From the IMG/VR virus record IMGVR_UViG_3300035661_000004: a stretch of DNA of 64,000 bases; one strand, given 5' to 3'. Positions 16,446 to 25,695 of this stretch are shown here, piece by piece. The DNA is from a virus (Duplodnaviria > Caudoviricetes). Made by a program: the position numbers and the translations under genes. The notes beneath the pieces were generated by a model. It saw nothing but the letters and a program-made list of their open reading frames with translations. It was not told the origin of the DNA and did not search any database. Position 1 is the first letter of the stretch; every line of letters starts with the position of its first letter.

Positions 16446-17362
16446 TCTGCTACCTCTATGTTCTCTAGCTCCGCCCAGACCTCCTTGATCGGGCGAGAGA
16501 AGTCATCCATCCAGATTGTACCGTACCGCTCTTGACATAGCATTTTCCAACGCTGATTGATCGGCACGACTACGTCAAGCATGTTTTCAAAGCCAGTATA
16601 CTTTTGCCGAGCTTCGAGCGTCGGGAACGCCCCTTGATAGTACTTGACCTTGAGCATCTCTGAGCTCCAGATCTGCGGCCGCCACATGTTAGCCACCAGG
16701 AGCTGCATGGTCGGCGTCCTGATGAAGGCATTGGTCAGGTTTGTGTCGATCCACCCGTTCGGCTTCGAGTTAATGCCGTAATAGGTCAGGAACTTGGTCA
16801 CTGAATAGTGGCGCTCGCTGTAGTACAGGTTCCACACGCGCTCGGGACCGCTGTCATCAGCGACCAGGCCTGGCTCGTCATAGCAATGGATGAACACGCG
16901 GTCAGGCGAGTTCAGGTCCAGCATCATCTTCAGCTGCCCGGTGTAAGCGAGCTCGGTGGTTTGACAGTTGGCCGCAATCTCGAACTGCTCGTCGCTGCCG
17001 TACCAGCTCTTGAGGTCGAAGAAGTGCTCATACGGCGTGACGTCCCGACGAGCGCACCAACGCCTAGCCCAGTAGAGGTCATGATTGTTTGCGCCGTTAT
17101 TCATGATCGTCGGCGTAAACTTGACTCCAGCGGTCCACAGGCTCTCACAGATCCACTCGCTGTCAAGGCCGCCGCTGAAGAGGACCATCAGCTCCTTGTC
17201 AGGATATGTAGCAGCGAGGTCCTTCGCTGCGGCCAAGGACTCTTGTCTCAACGACATCGGCGGGCGAGTCGGGCGCTCGAACCAGACCTGGTAGCACTGC
17301 TCATTGTTGGTGCGCGGAATGTCGGCTACGCCGTCATACCCTTTGTAGATGCGTGATGTCAT
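16442..17362 (-). CDS. Adenine nucleotide alpha-hydrolase (PP-loop) ATP pyrophosphatase 1
   Basis: LMVLFSGGLDSEWI PP-loop. Paralogous to 13334..14317, sharing the C-terminal FP.L...KYTGFEN. Confidence 0.8.
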   Translation of the reverse strand: MTSRIYKGYDGVADIPRTNNEQCYQVWFERPTRPPMSLRQESLAAAKDLAATYPDKELMVLFSGGLDSEWICESLWTAGVKFTPTIMNNGANNHDLYWARRWCARRDVTPYEHFFDLKSWYGSDEQFEIAANCQTTELAYTGQLKMMLDLNSPDRVFIHCYDEPGLVADDSGPERVWNLYYSERHYSVTKFLTYYGINSKPNGWIDTNLTNAFIRTPTMQLLVANMWRPQIWSSEMLKVKYYQGAFPTLEARQKYTGFENMLDVVVPINQRWKMLCQERYGTIWMDDFSRPIKEVWAELENIEVAE

Positions 17363-18131
17363 GGCTGATATGCTTTATGAGATGGTAGCCTGGGTCACAA
17401 GCTTGAGGCGTGTCAACAGCAAAGTTAGCGGAGCCTGGAAAGGCGTGGTGGGTGTTGTGGAGGGTTTGCCCCCAAGTCAGCCACGCAAGCCACCGAATGT
17501 TCCGGCTATTGTCCTTGGTCAGGTGGTCAGCCTTGCCGAATCGCCTGTCATGACAGAAGCTGTTGATGATCGCCTCTTGATGGATACTTATCATCCCCGC
17601 GATAGCGGCTCCCGCTGCAATAGCACGAGTCGGTTCGAAACAGGCTAGGATGGCGAGCAAAGCCCACCAGCTCCACAGCAAGGTCGTGTACCGGCGATGT
17701 GCAAGTTTGCACCACTTGTCTTTGATTAGGTCGCTCGCAAGCGACATGGACACGTCAGTAGGCTTGATCGAGAAGATCCAGCCCATGTATGCGTGCCAGA
17801 ACCCTTTTGTCGGCGTGTGGATGTCAGGTAGCTTGTCTGAGTTTGGGTGATGCAACCGATGTAAAGCGACCCAGAAGATGACAGAGCCTTGGCCCGCCAG
17901 CGAGCCGCCGATAAGCATGACATAGCGCCAGAACGCGTTCGTGGTAAACGCTCGATGCGTGAAGTATCGGTGAAACCCGACGCTCACGCCTAAGCCTGAG
18001 AACCACAGATTGAGGGCCAAGAAGGAAGCGAGAAGTCCCCAAGACATGCTATGAACGGCATAAAATAGACCGGCAAGGCCTACAGCGTGCGCGGGTAGGT
18101 GTATCCTAGTGACGTGCGGATTAGGCGACAT
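17334..18131 (-). CDS. Membrane fatty acid desaturase (delta-9-like) 1
   Basis: His boxes HRYFTH, HRLHH, HNTHH and INSFCH. Confidence 0.9.
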   Translation of the reverse strand: MSPNPHVTRIHLPAHAVGLAGLFYAVHSMSWGLLASFLALNLWFSGLGVSVGFHRYFTHRAFTTNAFWRYVMLIGGSLAGQGSVIFWVALHRLHHPNSDKLPDIHTPTKGFWHAYMGWIFSIKPTDVSMSLASDLIKDKWCKLAHRRYTTLLWSWWALLAILACFEPTRAIAAGAAIAGMISIHQEAIINSFCHDRRFGKADHLTKDNSRNIRWLAWLTWGQTLHNTHHAFPGSANFAVDTPQACDPGYHLIKHISHDITHLQRV

Positions 18132-18708
18132 AGGAACGGCGGATTAGCAGCGGGATGGCAAGCACAGTCTCATGCATGACATGCTCCCAGAGGATCGGGT
18201 CAGCTACCTTCTTGTACGGCTCGACCGCGCATACGTCCTCGATGGTGTACTTGCGCAAGTCCTCCGTGCCGTCTCGCCAGAAGGACCGGTAGGCTCGTGC
18301 CCACTTCGCAGGGAAAGCGTAGTAGAACTTCGTGACGTTTAAAGATTCATAAAATTTCAAGCACTCCGACAAGCACTCTCTTAGCTCTTTGGGGTCACCG
18401 TCAGAGACCATCAAGTCGAGCACCCAGAAGTCAACGTGCGCGTAGGCGCAGATGAAGGCTGTCAACCGGTCACCGTCAAACTTGCCTACAGCGTAGTGCG
18501 GTGCATGCTGGTAACGGGCGTGCACGCTGAGCAGTGGAGCTGTCGTGATTGCGGTCACCGCAGCGCCGGCGTGAGTTGTCTTAGTGGCGCGCAGCTTACG
18601 CATGGCTCGCCAGTCAGAAGGTAGCAGCTGTCTAAGCACGTGTGTAGACCGCTCCGTTGAACCGAGGGGCGACACGAGAGAAGACCGTGCGGTAGACAGG
18701 GTGGTCAA
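18121..18708 (-). CDS. GNAT-fold-like protein (start possibly GTG 18639)
   Basis: LRQLLPSDWRAM...AVGKFDGDRLTAFICAY...WVLDLMV has the GNAT strand/helix order but no clear motif A. Confidence 0.5.
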   Translation of the reverse strand: MTTLSTARSSLVSPLGSTERSTHVLRQLLPSDWRAMRKLRATKTTHAGAAVTAITTAPLLSVHARYQHAPHYAVGKFDGDRLTAFICAYAHVDFWVLDLMVSDGDPKELRECLSECLKFYESLNVTKFYYAFPAKWARAYRSFWRDGTEDLRKYTIEDVCAVEPYKKVADPILWEHVMHETVLAIPLLIRRSYVA

Positions 18709-19066
18709 TCATCATGCCAGGGGTAACAGACAGCACGTGAGTCCAACCCGCCGGCGGCTCAACGCCTTCCTTCAAGAAGATTTGCGTGGGCAGAGCGAGC
18801 TTGTCAGCGACCAGGTCAAGGTGCGCGATGCTGCCGAACCAGTGATGAATGTAGGCTCCGCCCTTCTCATGCATGATCGTATAGAGCGCCGCGGCTACAG
18901 TCATGTCAGTCCCTGTGTCGGTAACCTCATAGATGCCGGTCGTGTCGGTCGGGGTCAGGAAGTACTGTGTCAGCTGAGTGTGCGTCGCGAGCAGTGGATC
19001 ATGCTGCATCAGGTACCGTTGGATTCGGCGATGGTCAAGACGAGTGAGGGTTTTGGCTTCGTACAT
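18632..19066 (-). CDS. Hypothetical protein within the tailoring operon
   Basis: 144 aa, coupled to both neighbours. Possibly a degenerate GNAT fold. Confidence 0.65.
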   Translation of the reverse strand: MYEAKTLTRLDHRRIQRYLMQHDPLLATHTQLTQYFLTPTDTTGIYEVTDTGTDMTVAAALYTIMHEKGGAYIHHWFGSIAHLDLVADKLALPTQIFLKEGVEPPAGWTHVLSVTPGMMIDHPVYRTVFSRVAPRFNGAVYTRA

Positions 19067-19069
19067 AGC

Positions 19070-19777
19070 TTAGAATGGGTGAATGACGGTCTTCATCTTG
19101 AGCATATTTAGCTCAACAAAGCTCCCCACGTATCGACTGTGGTTGAGGGCTACCAGCTGGAGCAAAGCTGTAATGAGCCAGGCTACCTGCAAGTTGTGAA
19201 ACGCCAGCGGCAGGCTGTAGTTAGCCGTGTCAAGGTAGCTCTCGTTGAGACGAACGAATGTGCGTACGTTTAGTTTCGTCCAGGGAAAGCACATTGGGCC
19301 AAGCCAGAGCCTCATACGATTGCAGATGACCGGCAGATACGTCTTGCCCGGCATGTCAGGGAGGTCAAGGTAAGAGTCAGCGAAGACCAACGTAAGCTTG
19401 GCGTCATCAGCCGGATACATCCCGTTCTCTTCGAGGCCGTCAGCTACCAGCTGACCGACGCTGTTCTTAGTCAGGTCGATGAAATTGTACGTGACGTGCT
19501 TGAGCTGTTCTTGCACGTCGGCCCAGGCGGCCCCGTGGAGCTCCCAGCCTGCCATGCTCGGATGTGGGTCAAAGGCAAGAAAGCCTCGAGCGTTGTACGC
19601 TTCGAGCAGCTCCATCTCGTCATCGTCGAGGTCAGTAACGTCAATGCCGACTACCAAGCGGTCGAGGAACTTTTGCCTGTCAAGCGGCTCAACATGCTTG
19701 ACGTTTTCGCTTACGAGCAAAGCCTCGCCGACACCTGTGCTTTTCAAGAGCCACTGAGGCTTCAATTTGATGATCAT
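19070..19777 (-). CDS. RRE plus TOMM cyclodehydratase scaffold (E1/ThiF-like) domain protein
   Basis: The N-terminus KLKPQW...ALLVSEN...FLDRL...ELLEAYNARGFL is RRE-like. LTLVFADSYLD...YLPV...LWLGPMCFP matches the TOMM C-protein pattern LTVVLTDDYL...PWL.V...WIGPLF.P. The Zn-binding CxxC is absent. Confidence 0.55.
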   Translation of the reverse strand: MIIKLKPQWLLKSTGVGEALLVSENVKHVEPLDRQKFLDRLVVGIDVTDLDDDEMELLEAYNARGFLAFDPHPSMAGWELHGAAWADVQEQLKHVTYNFIDLTKNSVGQLVADGLEENGMYPADDAKLTLVFADSYLDLPDMPGKTYLPVICNRMRLWLGPMCFPWTKLNVRTFVRLNESYLDTANYSLPLAFHNLQVAWLITALLQLVALNHSRYVGSFVELNMLKMKTVIHPF

Positions 19778-19790
19778 ATGCTATGTGATG

Positions 19791-19817
19791 AAAGAGGGGC
19801 CGAATTCGGCCCATCTT
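19791..19817 (-). terminator. Terminator-like hairpin
   Basis: GGGCCG-AATT-CGGCCC with AAGA/TCTT extension, then CTCTTT on the minus strand, right after the fibre stop codon. Confidence 0.6.
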
Positions 19818-19819
19818 GT

Positions 19820-21391
19820 TTACTCAAACGAGCCAGAACCGTTGACGTAACCGTCGATACCCTGGTTGTACATGGTAGAGGTGATAGTAGCCGTGGTCCA
19901 TGCGTGATGATCATTGCCGTTAGTAACGGCAAAGTCGTGAGCGTTACCGCACATGTAGAAGTACATGGTGATAGTTCCTGCTGAATTCATCGTTGCCGTG
20001 ATGATGTTAGCGCGACCTGAGTAGCTGATCGGATACAGGTGACCCGTTACGGATGCATCTGCATGTACCGGAATCGAGTTGTTGCCCGTGCCTGGATCGT
20101 AGTCATATGCAATGCCACCGTCAGTACCGAAATGCACGGTTCCGTTAGGAGCGAGCGTGACGGTGTCACCTGTGTAGAGGTTTTGGATATTGACAGTGTT
20201 AACACCCGATGCCAAGCTGATCCTAGCAGCTTCGCCGTAGAACGTGCTTTGGTAGTAGGCATTGATGTGGACCACGCCGCCCGGAACGCCAGACACGCTA
20301 ACGCTCGCTGACCGTGGTTGCAGGAGCGAGAGCGCGTTAAGCGTCAGCGTGCCAGTTCCTGTTGTCGCGTACGTGAAGTCTACAACGCCAACGCCGCTCG
20401 AGTTCATCGAGACCGTAGTAGCTGTAATGCCTGACGGACCGCTCAAGCCAGAGCCAGGAGCCAGGTTGACGTTGACAGGCAAGCTCGTAGCGTTCGGCGT
20501 GCCCGTGAAGGTCAGGTGGAAGACCACGTTTGTGCCAAGCGTGGTCGAAGTCGGCGTAGCAGACATAGCCGTGAAGCCTGTCAACGTAGGTGCCGGGCTT
20601 GGAACTGGAGTTCCTGGCGACGGAGTCGGCGTTGGCGTGCCCTTGCCTGGTGGGCTTGGAGACGGGGTAGGCGTCGGTGTCGGCGTTGGGCTAGGCGCCG
20701 GAGCGTTGACTGTGATGTTGGCCGATTGGGTTGCGCCCACGGTCATGTTGGTGCCGCTATTGACAACGGCCTGCACGGTCTTGACGCCCGCTGCTGAGCT
20801 GCCAATTGTGTACGTGATGTGGCCGACACCGCTCGAGATGATCAGTGATTGCGAGACCGAACCACCAAACGTTCCGGTTAAGCCGCCCGTTGTGTTGTTG
20901 AGCGTGATGCCGGTCGTGACTGACTGGTCAACCGCAGACGTGAAGGTCAGGGTCAGGGTCGAGCTAGAGCCGGTGGTAACGCTCGACGGCGCGAACGAAG
21001 CACCAGAGAAGATGATGGCCGGCGACGGGCCTGGAGTCGGGGTAGGCGTAGGCGATGGGCCCGGAGTCGGGGTAGGCGATGGCGACGGCGACGGACCGGC
21101 TGTCGGGTGAGGCCACACTACAACCCAGTTGCCGCTGATTGTGTAGAGCAGCATCTGATTGTCAGTGCTGTTGTACCAAAGCTGACCGGTGGTCGGGTGC
21201 GGCGGAGCGCTTGAGCTGGCAAAGTGCTCAAGCAGCCTGATCAGGTTCTCCTGCACGCGCTCACCCCAGTTCGGCGCTGCTTTGCCTGTCAAGGCTAAGG
21301 ACGTGGATGAGGTATCAATGCTGCCTGCTGGCAGCGTAAACGGAGTCTTTAACGAGTCATTAGACCAGTTAAGCGTGTAGTTGAATGTCAT
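19820..21391 (-). CDS. Tail fibre/whisker-like protein with Pro-rich linkers and Ig-like domains (paralog A)
   Basis: N-terminal NWGERVQENLIRLLEHFAS...PTTGQLWYN anchor, (SP/TP)n linkers, beta-sandwich repeats. TAAATA at 21455-21460. Confidence 0.75.
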   Translation of the reverse strand: MTFNYTLNWSNDSLKTPFTLPAGSIDTSSTSLALTGKAAPNWGERVQENLIRLLEHFASSSAPPHPTTGQLWYNSTDNQMLLYTISGNWVVVWPHPTAGPSPSPSPTPTPGPSPTPTPTPGPSPAIIFSGASFAPSSVTTGSSSTLTLTFTSAVDQSVTTGITLNNTTGGLTGTFGGSVSQSLIISSGVGHITYTIGSSAAGVKTVQAVVNSGTNMTVGATQSANITVNAPAPSPTPTPTPTPSPSPPGKGTPTPTPSPGTPVPSPAPTLTGFTAMSATPTSTTLGTNVVFHLTFTGTPNATSLPVNVNLAPGSGLSGPSGITATTVSMNSSGVGVVDFTYATTGTGTLTLNALSLLQPRSASVSVSGVPGGVVHINAYYQSTFYGEAARISLASGVNTVNIQNLYTGDTVTLAPNGTVHFGTDGGIAYDYDPGTGNNSIPVHADASVTGHLYPISYSGRANIITATMNSAGTITMYFYMCGNAHDFAVTNGNDHHAWTTATITSTMYNQGIDGYVNGSGSFE

Positions 21392-21453
21392 GTTGTCTCC
21401 GATGCCGGCTCATCGAGCGCCCACAACATTCCGGTCTTGCCGTTGCGAACGGC

Positions 21454-22092
21454 TTATTTAACGCTGAACCAACCGACTACGGAGTAGCGCTTACCCTTAG
21501 TCAAGGGCGTGACCTCATGCAGGAAGCGGATGTCGGATGGGAAGAGGACCATGCCTCCCGTAGCAGGGTGCAGCTTGACAATCGAGCCATCGCTGTGATG
21601 CACCGAATGCAGCACTAGGTCGCCGCCTTCATAGTCCTCATTGAGGTACATGATGCAGGTCAGCTGCCGATGCGGCGAGGTGTACCTGAAGACGCCTTTT
21701 GCGTCGTAGTATGCGTTGTCTGTATGAGCGAGAAAGTGCCCTTTGTCAACGTCAGCGTATGACAAGAACTGAAGAGGCTCTGAGAGGAACGCCGGCTTAC
21801 CAAGCAGCGCGGTCGTGTGATGGGTGACAGCCGCTGTCATGCGCTGAGCGACCTGGGCATAAAGCTCAGGCTCAAGCTGCATGGCTTTTGAGGACCGATG
21901 GTAGGTGTCAACCACCTGCTTGTGAAGCGTCACTTCACTGTCATACACGCCCGAAGCTTGAGGGTTGCTCAAGCTTGCAATCACGCGCTGGCAAAACTCG
22001 CCGTCGAGGGTGACGGCGGTAATCACAGGTGGGTGGAACTGTGGCACGAAGTTCGCGCCGTACGGCTCTAACGAGCGGTAGTCGACGTACAT
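21454..22092 (-). CDS. Prolyl-4-hydroxylase-like 2OG-Fe(II) oxygenase
   Basis: HTD, RQLTCIMYLNEDYEGGDL, FPSDIRFLHEVTPLTKGKRYS give a complete HxD...H...R set. Confidence 0.9.
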   Translation of the reverse strand: MYVDYRSLEPYGANFVPQFHPPVITAVTLDGEFCQRVIASLSNPQASGVYDSEVTLHKQVVDTYHRSSKAMQLEPELYAQVAQRMTAAVTHHTTALLGKPAFLSEPLQFLSYADVDKGHFLAHTDNAYYDAKGVFRYTSPHRQLTCIMYLNEDYEGGDLVLHSVHHSDGSIVKLHPATGGMVLFPSDIRFLHEVTPLTKGKRYSVVGWFSVK

Positions 22093-22313
22093 TAGCGACG
22101 CGTTGCTGTGGTCAGTGACCTGATCTCGCCGTTGAGAGCTTTTGGTTCGATCAGCGCGTTGCCTAAGTCATACTCTTCAAGAATCATAGCAGGCACAACC
22201 TCAAAGACAAATGTGCCCCGATTGCCATTGCGCACGATGTTCTGCAGCTTGTAGCCCTTAACCTTCAGGTAAGCGGCGAGAATGATGTCTACTGTAGAGA
22301 AATTATTTTGCAT
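22092..22313 (-). CDS. Small conserved phage protein (DUF5659-like)
   Basis: FSTVDIILAAYLKVKGYKL...FVFE...IEPKALNGEIRSL pattern. Confidence 0.55.
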   Translation of the reverse strand: MQNNFSTVDIILAAYLKVKGYKLQNIVRNGNRGTFVFEVVPAMILEEYDLGNALIEPKALNGEIRSLTTATRR

Positions 22314-22950
22314 GATGCTTTTCCCACCTCAGCTTTGCGCTTTCGCGCATTCTTTGTCGCGTCTCTTCTGACGCGCTAGAACCGGCATTCCATGCAGGAA
22401 CGCCTGTTCTCTTTCCTTTGTTAGCCGGCTCTTTGCCTAATCGAGCTTTACTGATATTTGCTTTATGCTCTTCAGTAAATGTACGCGATGATCCAACTCT
22501 GTTGCCCATCATGAGTTGCCTCAAGATCGGATCTTGCCAAACAGCTTTAAGCTTCTCTGACCTTTTAGCTTTATTGGCTGGGTCGAGATTTGCAGATTGG
22601 AGCCCTGCTAGAATTTTATTCCGATACTGATCATCTTGCCAACGTATCAGCATCTGATCACGCGTAATGTTTGCATGCTGTCTACGCAGCCAACCATAAG
22701 CTTTATTTGAAGCAAATGATCGCGTGATGCTCATCATATGAGCAGCGTGAATCAACTTTGTAGATGGATGAATCTTAGCCAGCAAGATATGAGCTAAAAA
22801 ATGCTCTTCTGGCGTTAACGCAGCAATGTTGGAAGCATCATCGAGCCCGCCCATACATGACGGAACAATATGATGACGTTCTACATACCCTTCAATTGAC
22901 CGAGATTTTGCTCGATCGATGAGGCTCTGATATATGCGTTTGTAATCCAC
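22303..22950 (-). CDS. HNH homing endonuclease with NUMOD3-type repeats
   Basis: ERHHIVPSCMGGLDDASNIAALTPEEHFLAH. Paralog of 2419..3099, AT-rich, with its own TAAATA. Confidence 0.9.
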   Translation of the reverse strand: MDYKRIYQSLIDRAKSRSIEGYVERHHIVPSCMGGLDDASNIAALTPEEHFLAHILLAKIHPSTKLIHAAHMMSITRSFASNKAYGWLRRQHANITRDQMLIRWQDDQYRNKILAGLQSANLDPANKAKRSEKLKAVWQDPILRQLMMGNRVGSSRTFTEEHKANISKARLGKEPANKGKRTGVPAWNAGSSASEETRQRMRESAKLRWEKHHAK

Positions 22951-22954
22951 GTCA

Positions 22955-22960
22955 TATTTA
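22955..22960 (-). promoter_or_regulatory. Late promoter TAAATA
   Basis: TAAATA-tgac-GTG(22950). Confidence 0.6.
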
Positions 22961-23002
22961 TGAGAGCACTGGTCACTTGAGGGGTATTCTCAATGAAACT
23001 TG

Positions 23003-23527
23003 TCAGTAATCATTGATGAACTTGGCCGCATCCTCCGTTGACTTAAACGACTTGCGCTTGTCAGCATAGCGAATCACGATCTTGCCAAGCTCCCACGAGC
23101 ATTCAAGATGATCACCGAATTCGATGATCAAGGTAAGCGCCTTCAAGGTGATCAAGGCAGGCAAAGCTACCGAAGACGCAACCCTGAGCTTTAAGCTATA
23201 GCCTCTACCGTCAAAGGCTGATGCGAGTGAAGTCAAGACGGCAAGCTTAAGCATCCAGTCAACGTCGGCTTGGTCATTGACGCTGTTGGTGTAAAATTCA
23301 CCATGCTTGATCGGATCAGGCAGCTTGAGCGTGTTGTTGTGCACCGTAAACAAGAGGTACGTGTCAACGCACGGATGCTTGAGCTGGAGCCGCATCTCTT
23401 TATCATAGCGGCCATGCTTGATTTTTACATCGAGGTCCGGGACCTCATCGCTCTCGACGATTAGCTGTTGAAGCTTCAATGTCCACTTACGAATTTGCGT
23501 GTGGTCAATGGCTTCGGCTATTGTCAT
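23003..23527 (-). CDS. QQ-helix family protein
   Basis: IRKWTLKLQQLIVESD, ATGA-coupled to the upstream gene. Confidence 0.7.
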   Translation of the reverse strand: MTIAEAIDHTQIRKWTLKLQQLIVESDEVPDLDVKIKHGRYDKEMRLQLKHPCVDTYLLFTVHNNTLKLPDPIKHGEFYTNSVNDQADVDWMLKLAVLTSLASAFDGRGYSLKLRVASSVALPALITLKALTLIIEFGDHLECSWELGKIVIRYADKRKSFKSTEDAAKFINDY

Positions 23528-24093
23528 GCAGCAGAGACAGTGATGGTGTAGGTGATGAGCCAGGCGCGGTTCGCTGTCTTCTCGATCGGGTTGAAAACCA
23601 GGTGAGACAGCAGGAGGCCGTCTGCAGATTTTAACCCAATTTCGTCAAAGGTGAACGAGCTTTCAGGGTCGGTTGTGAGATTATCTGCTACGGCTTGCCC
23701 TAACGGCTCGAGAGCGGACAGCTGAGCGGTTACTACAACGAGCGAAGTCAGCGCAGGAGCCGGCGATGGTAGCGCTTGCACCGAGTTGCTGGTCGGAGTG
23801 CCTGAAGTCAGGTCATCGACTTGGACCGCATAGGTCTGGTTGTACAAGGAAGCGCCTGAGCCGATGATGTTCGGTGACTTGTACACCAGCGAGCTGCTTG
23901 TGTTATAGAACGTGCCGCCGTTGCCAAAGGCTAGCTCGAACACGTAGCCGTTGTCCTCGCGGGCCAAGGCACGTGCAACGATCAGAGCCATGTTCTGTGG
24001 ATGGATGGCGTTCTGCTTCTTGACAACCAAGTTACCTTGGTCATCATGGATCATCACCGTGCCGATGAAGTTGAGGTGTGCGTTAGTGTCCAT
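23524..24093 (-). CDS. Conserved virion structural protein (baseplate/tail)
   Basis: QNAIHPQNM...FGNGGT...FTFDEIGLKS...LLSHLVFNPIEK, a myovirus tail/baseplate-type pattern. TAAATA 6 nt upstream. Confidence 0.7.
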   Translation of the reverse strand: MDTNAHLNFIGTVMIHDDQGNLVVKKQNAIHPQNMALIVARALAREDNGYVFELAFGNGGTFYNTSSSLVYKSPNIIGSGASLYNQTYAVQVDDLTSGTPTSNSVQALPSPAPALTSLVVVTAQLSALEPLGQAVADNLTTDPESSFTFDEIGLKSADGLLLSHLVFNPIEKTANRAWLITYTITVSAA

Positions 24094-24099
24094 AGGAGC

Positions 24100-24105
24100 T
24101 ATTTA
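24100..24105 (-). promoter_or_regulatory. Late promoter TAAATA
   Basis: TAAATA-gctcct-ATG(24093). Confidence 0.65.
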
Positions 24106-24533
24106 AGGTGCTACAGTCTTGTAGGGGTGGCTGGGAGCGAGCTCTGCAGGCCCCACTGCCAAGCAAGGTAGCCTTCAAGCTTCCTGCGTGCTACGTCGTT
24201 AAGGGCCGCGTTTAGAACATAGCCGCTTCGGCGTAATCCCCTAAAGCGCTCGCGCTAGATTCGTAACTGTTGCGTTGCTGTGACAGAGCGACCGTATCCT
24301 GACGAGTCTGAGATCAGCACAGATTGGAAATTCAAGCTTGCTGTGTTAAACTTGAAATCGCTCGTGGTTAATGCGACATTGCCTATAACTGATTCAGGTG
24401 CGAGGGCATTAGGCCCAGGTCGTTGCCGTATCTGCGCCGTTTGCGTGAAGCAATAGAAGCACTTGGCTATAGAACGGGTCTCCGTTCAGCGCTTGGCGCC
24501 CTAAAGCCGAAGAGAGCAGTGCTGTAAGAGCAT
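24103..24533 (-). pseudogene. Remnant of a lectin/LamG-type fibre protein
   Basis: Fragments in different frames: GDPFYSQVLLLLHANGADTATTW, GPNALAP...GNVALTTSDFKFNTASL, RRKLEGYLAWQWGLQSSLP / SHPYKTVAP*. Confidence 0.65.
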
Positions 24534-24534
24534 A

Positions 24535-25692
<1,158 letters not shown>

Positions 25693-25695
25693 GAG

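Noticed and set aside
13334-17362. 7-deazaguanine DNA modification (QueC) or tRNA thiolation reading of the SGGxDS proteins
   Set aside because: There is no QueC-type Cys cluster, no folE/queD/queE/dpdA in the window, and the neighbours are membrane desaturases.
20262-21110. 282-aa plus-strand ORF (GVGVG repeats)
   Set aside because: It is the antisense shadow of the Pro/Thr-rich fibre gene.
12925-21454. Canonical lasso-peptide or TOMM cluster
   Set aside because: RRE-like, Cys-protease-like and PP-loop genes are present, but no precursor ORF, YcaO or transglutaminase-type B2 was found. The gaps at 19778-19819 and 21392-21453 are too short. Kept only as an analogy.
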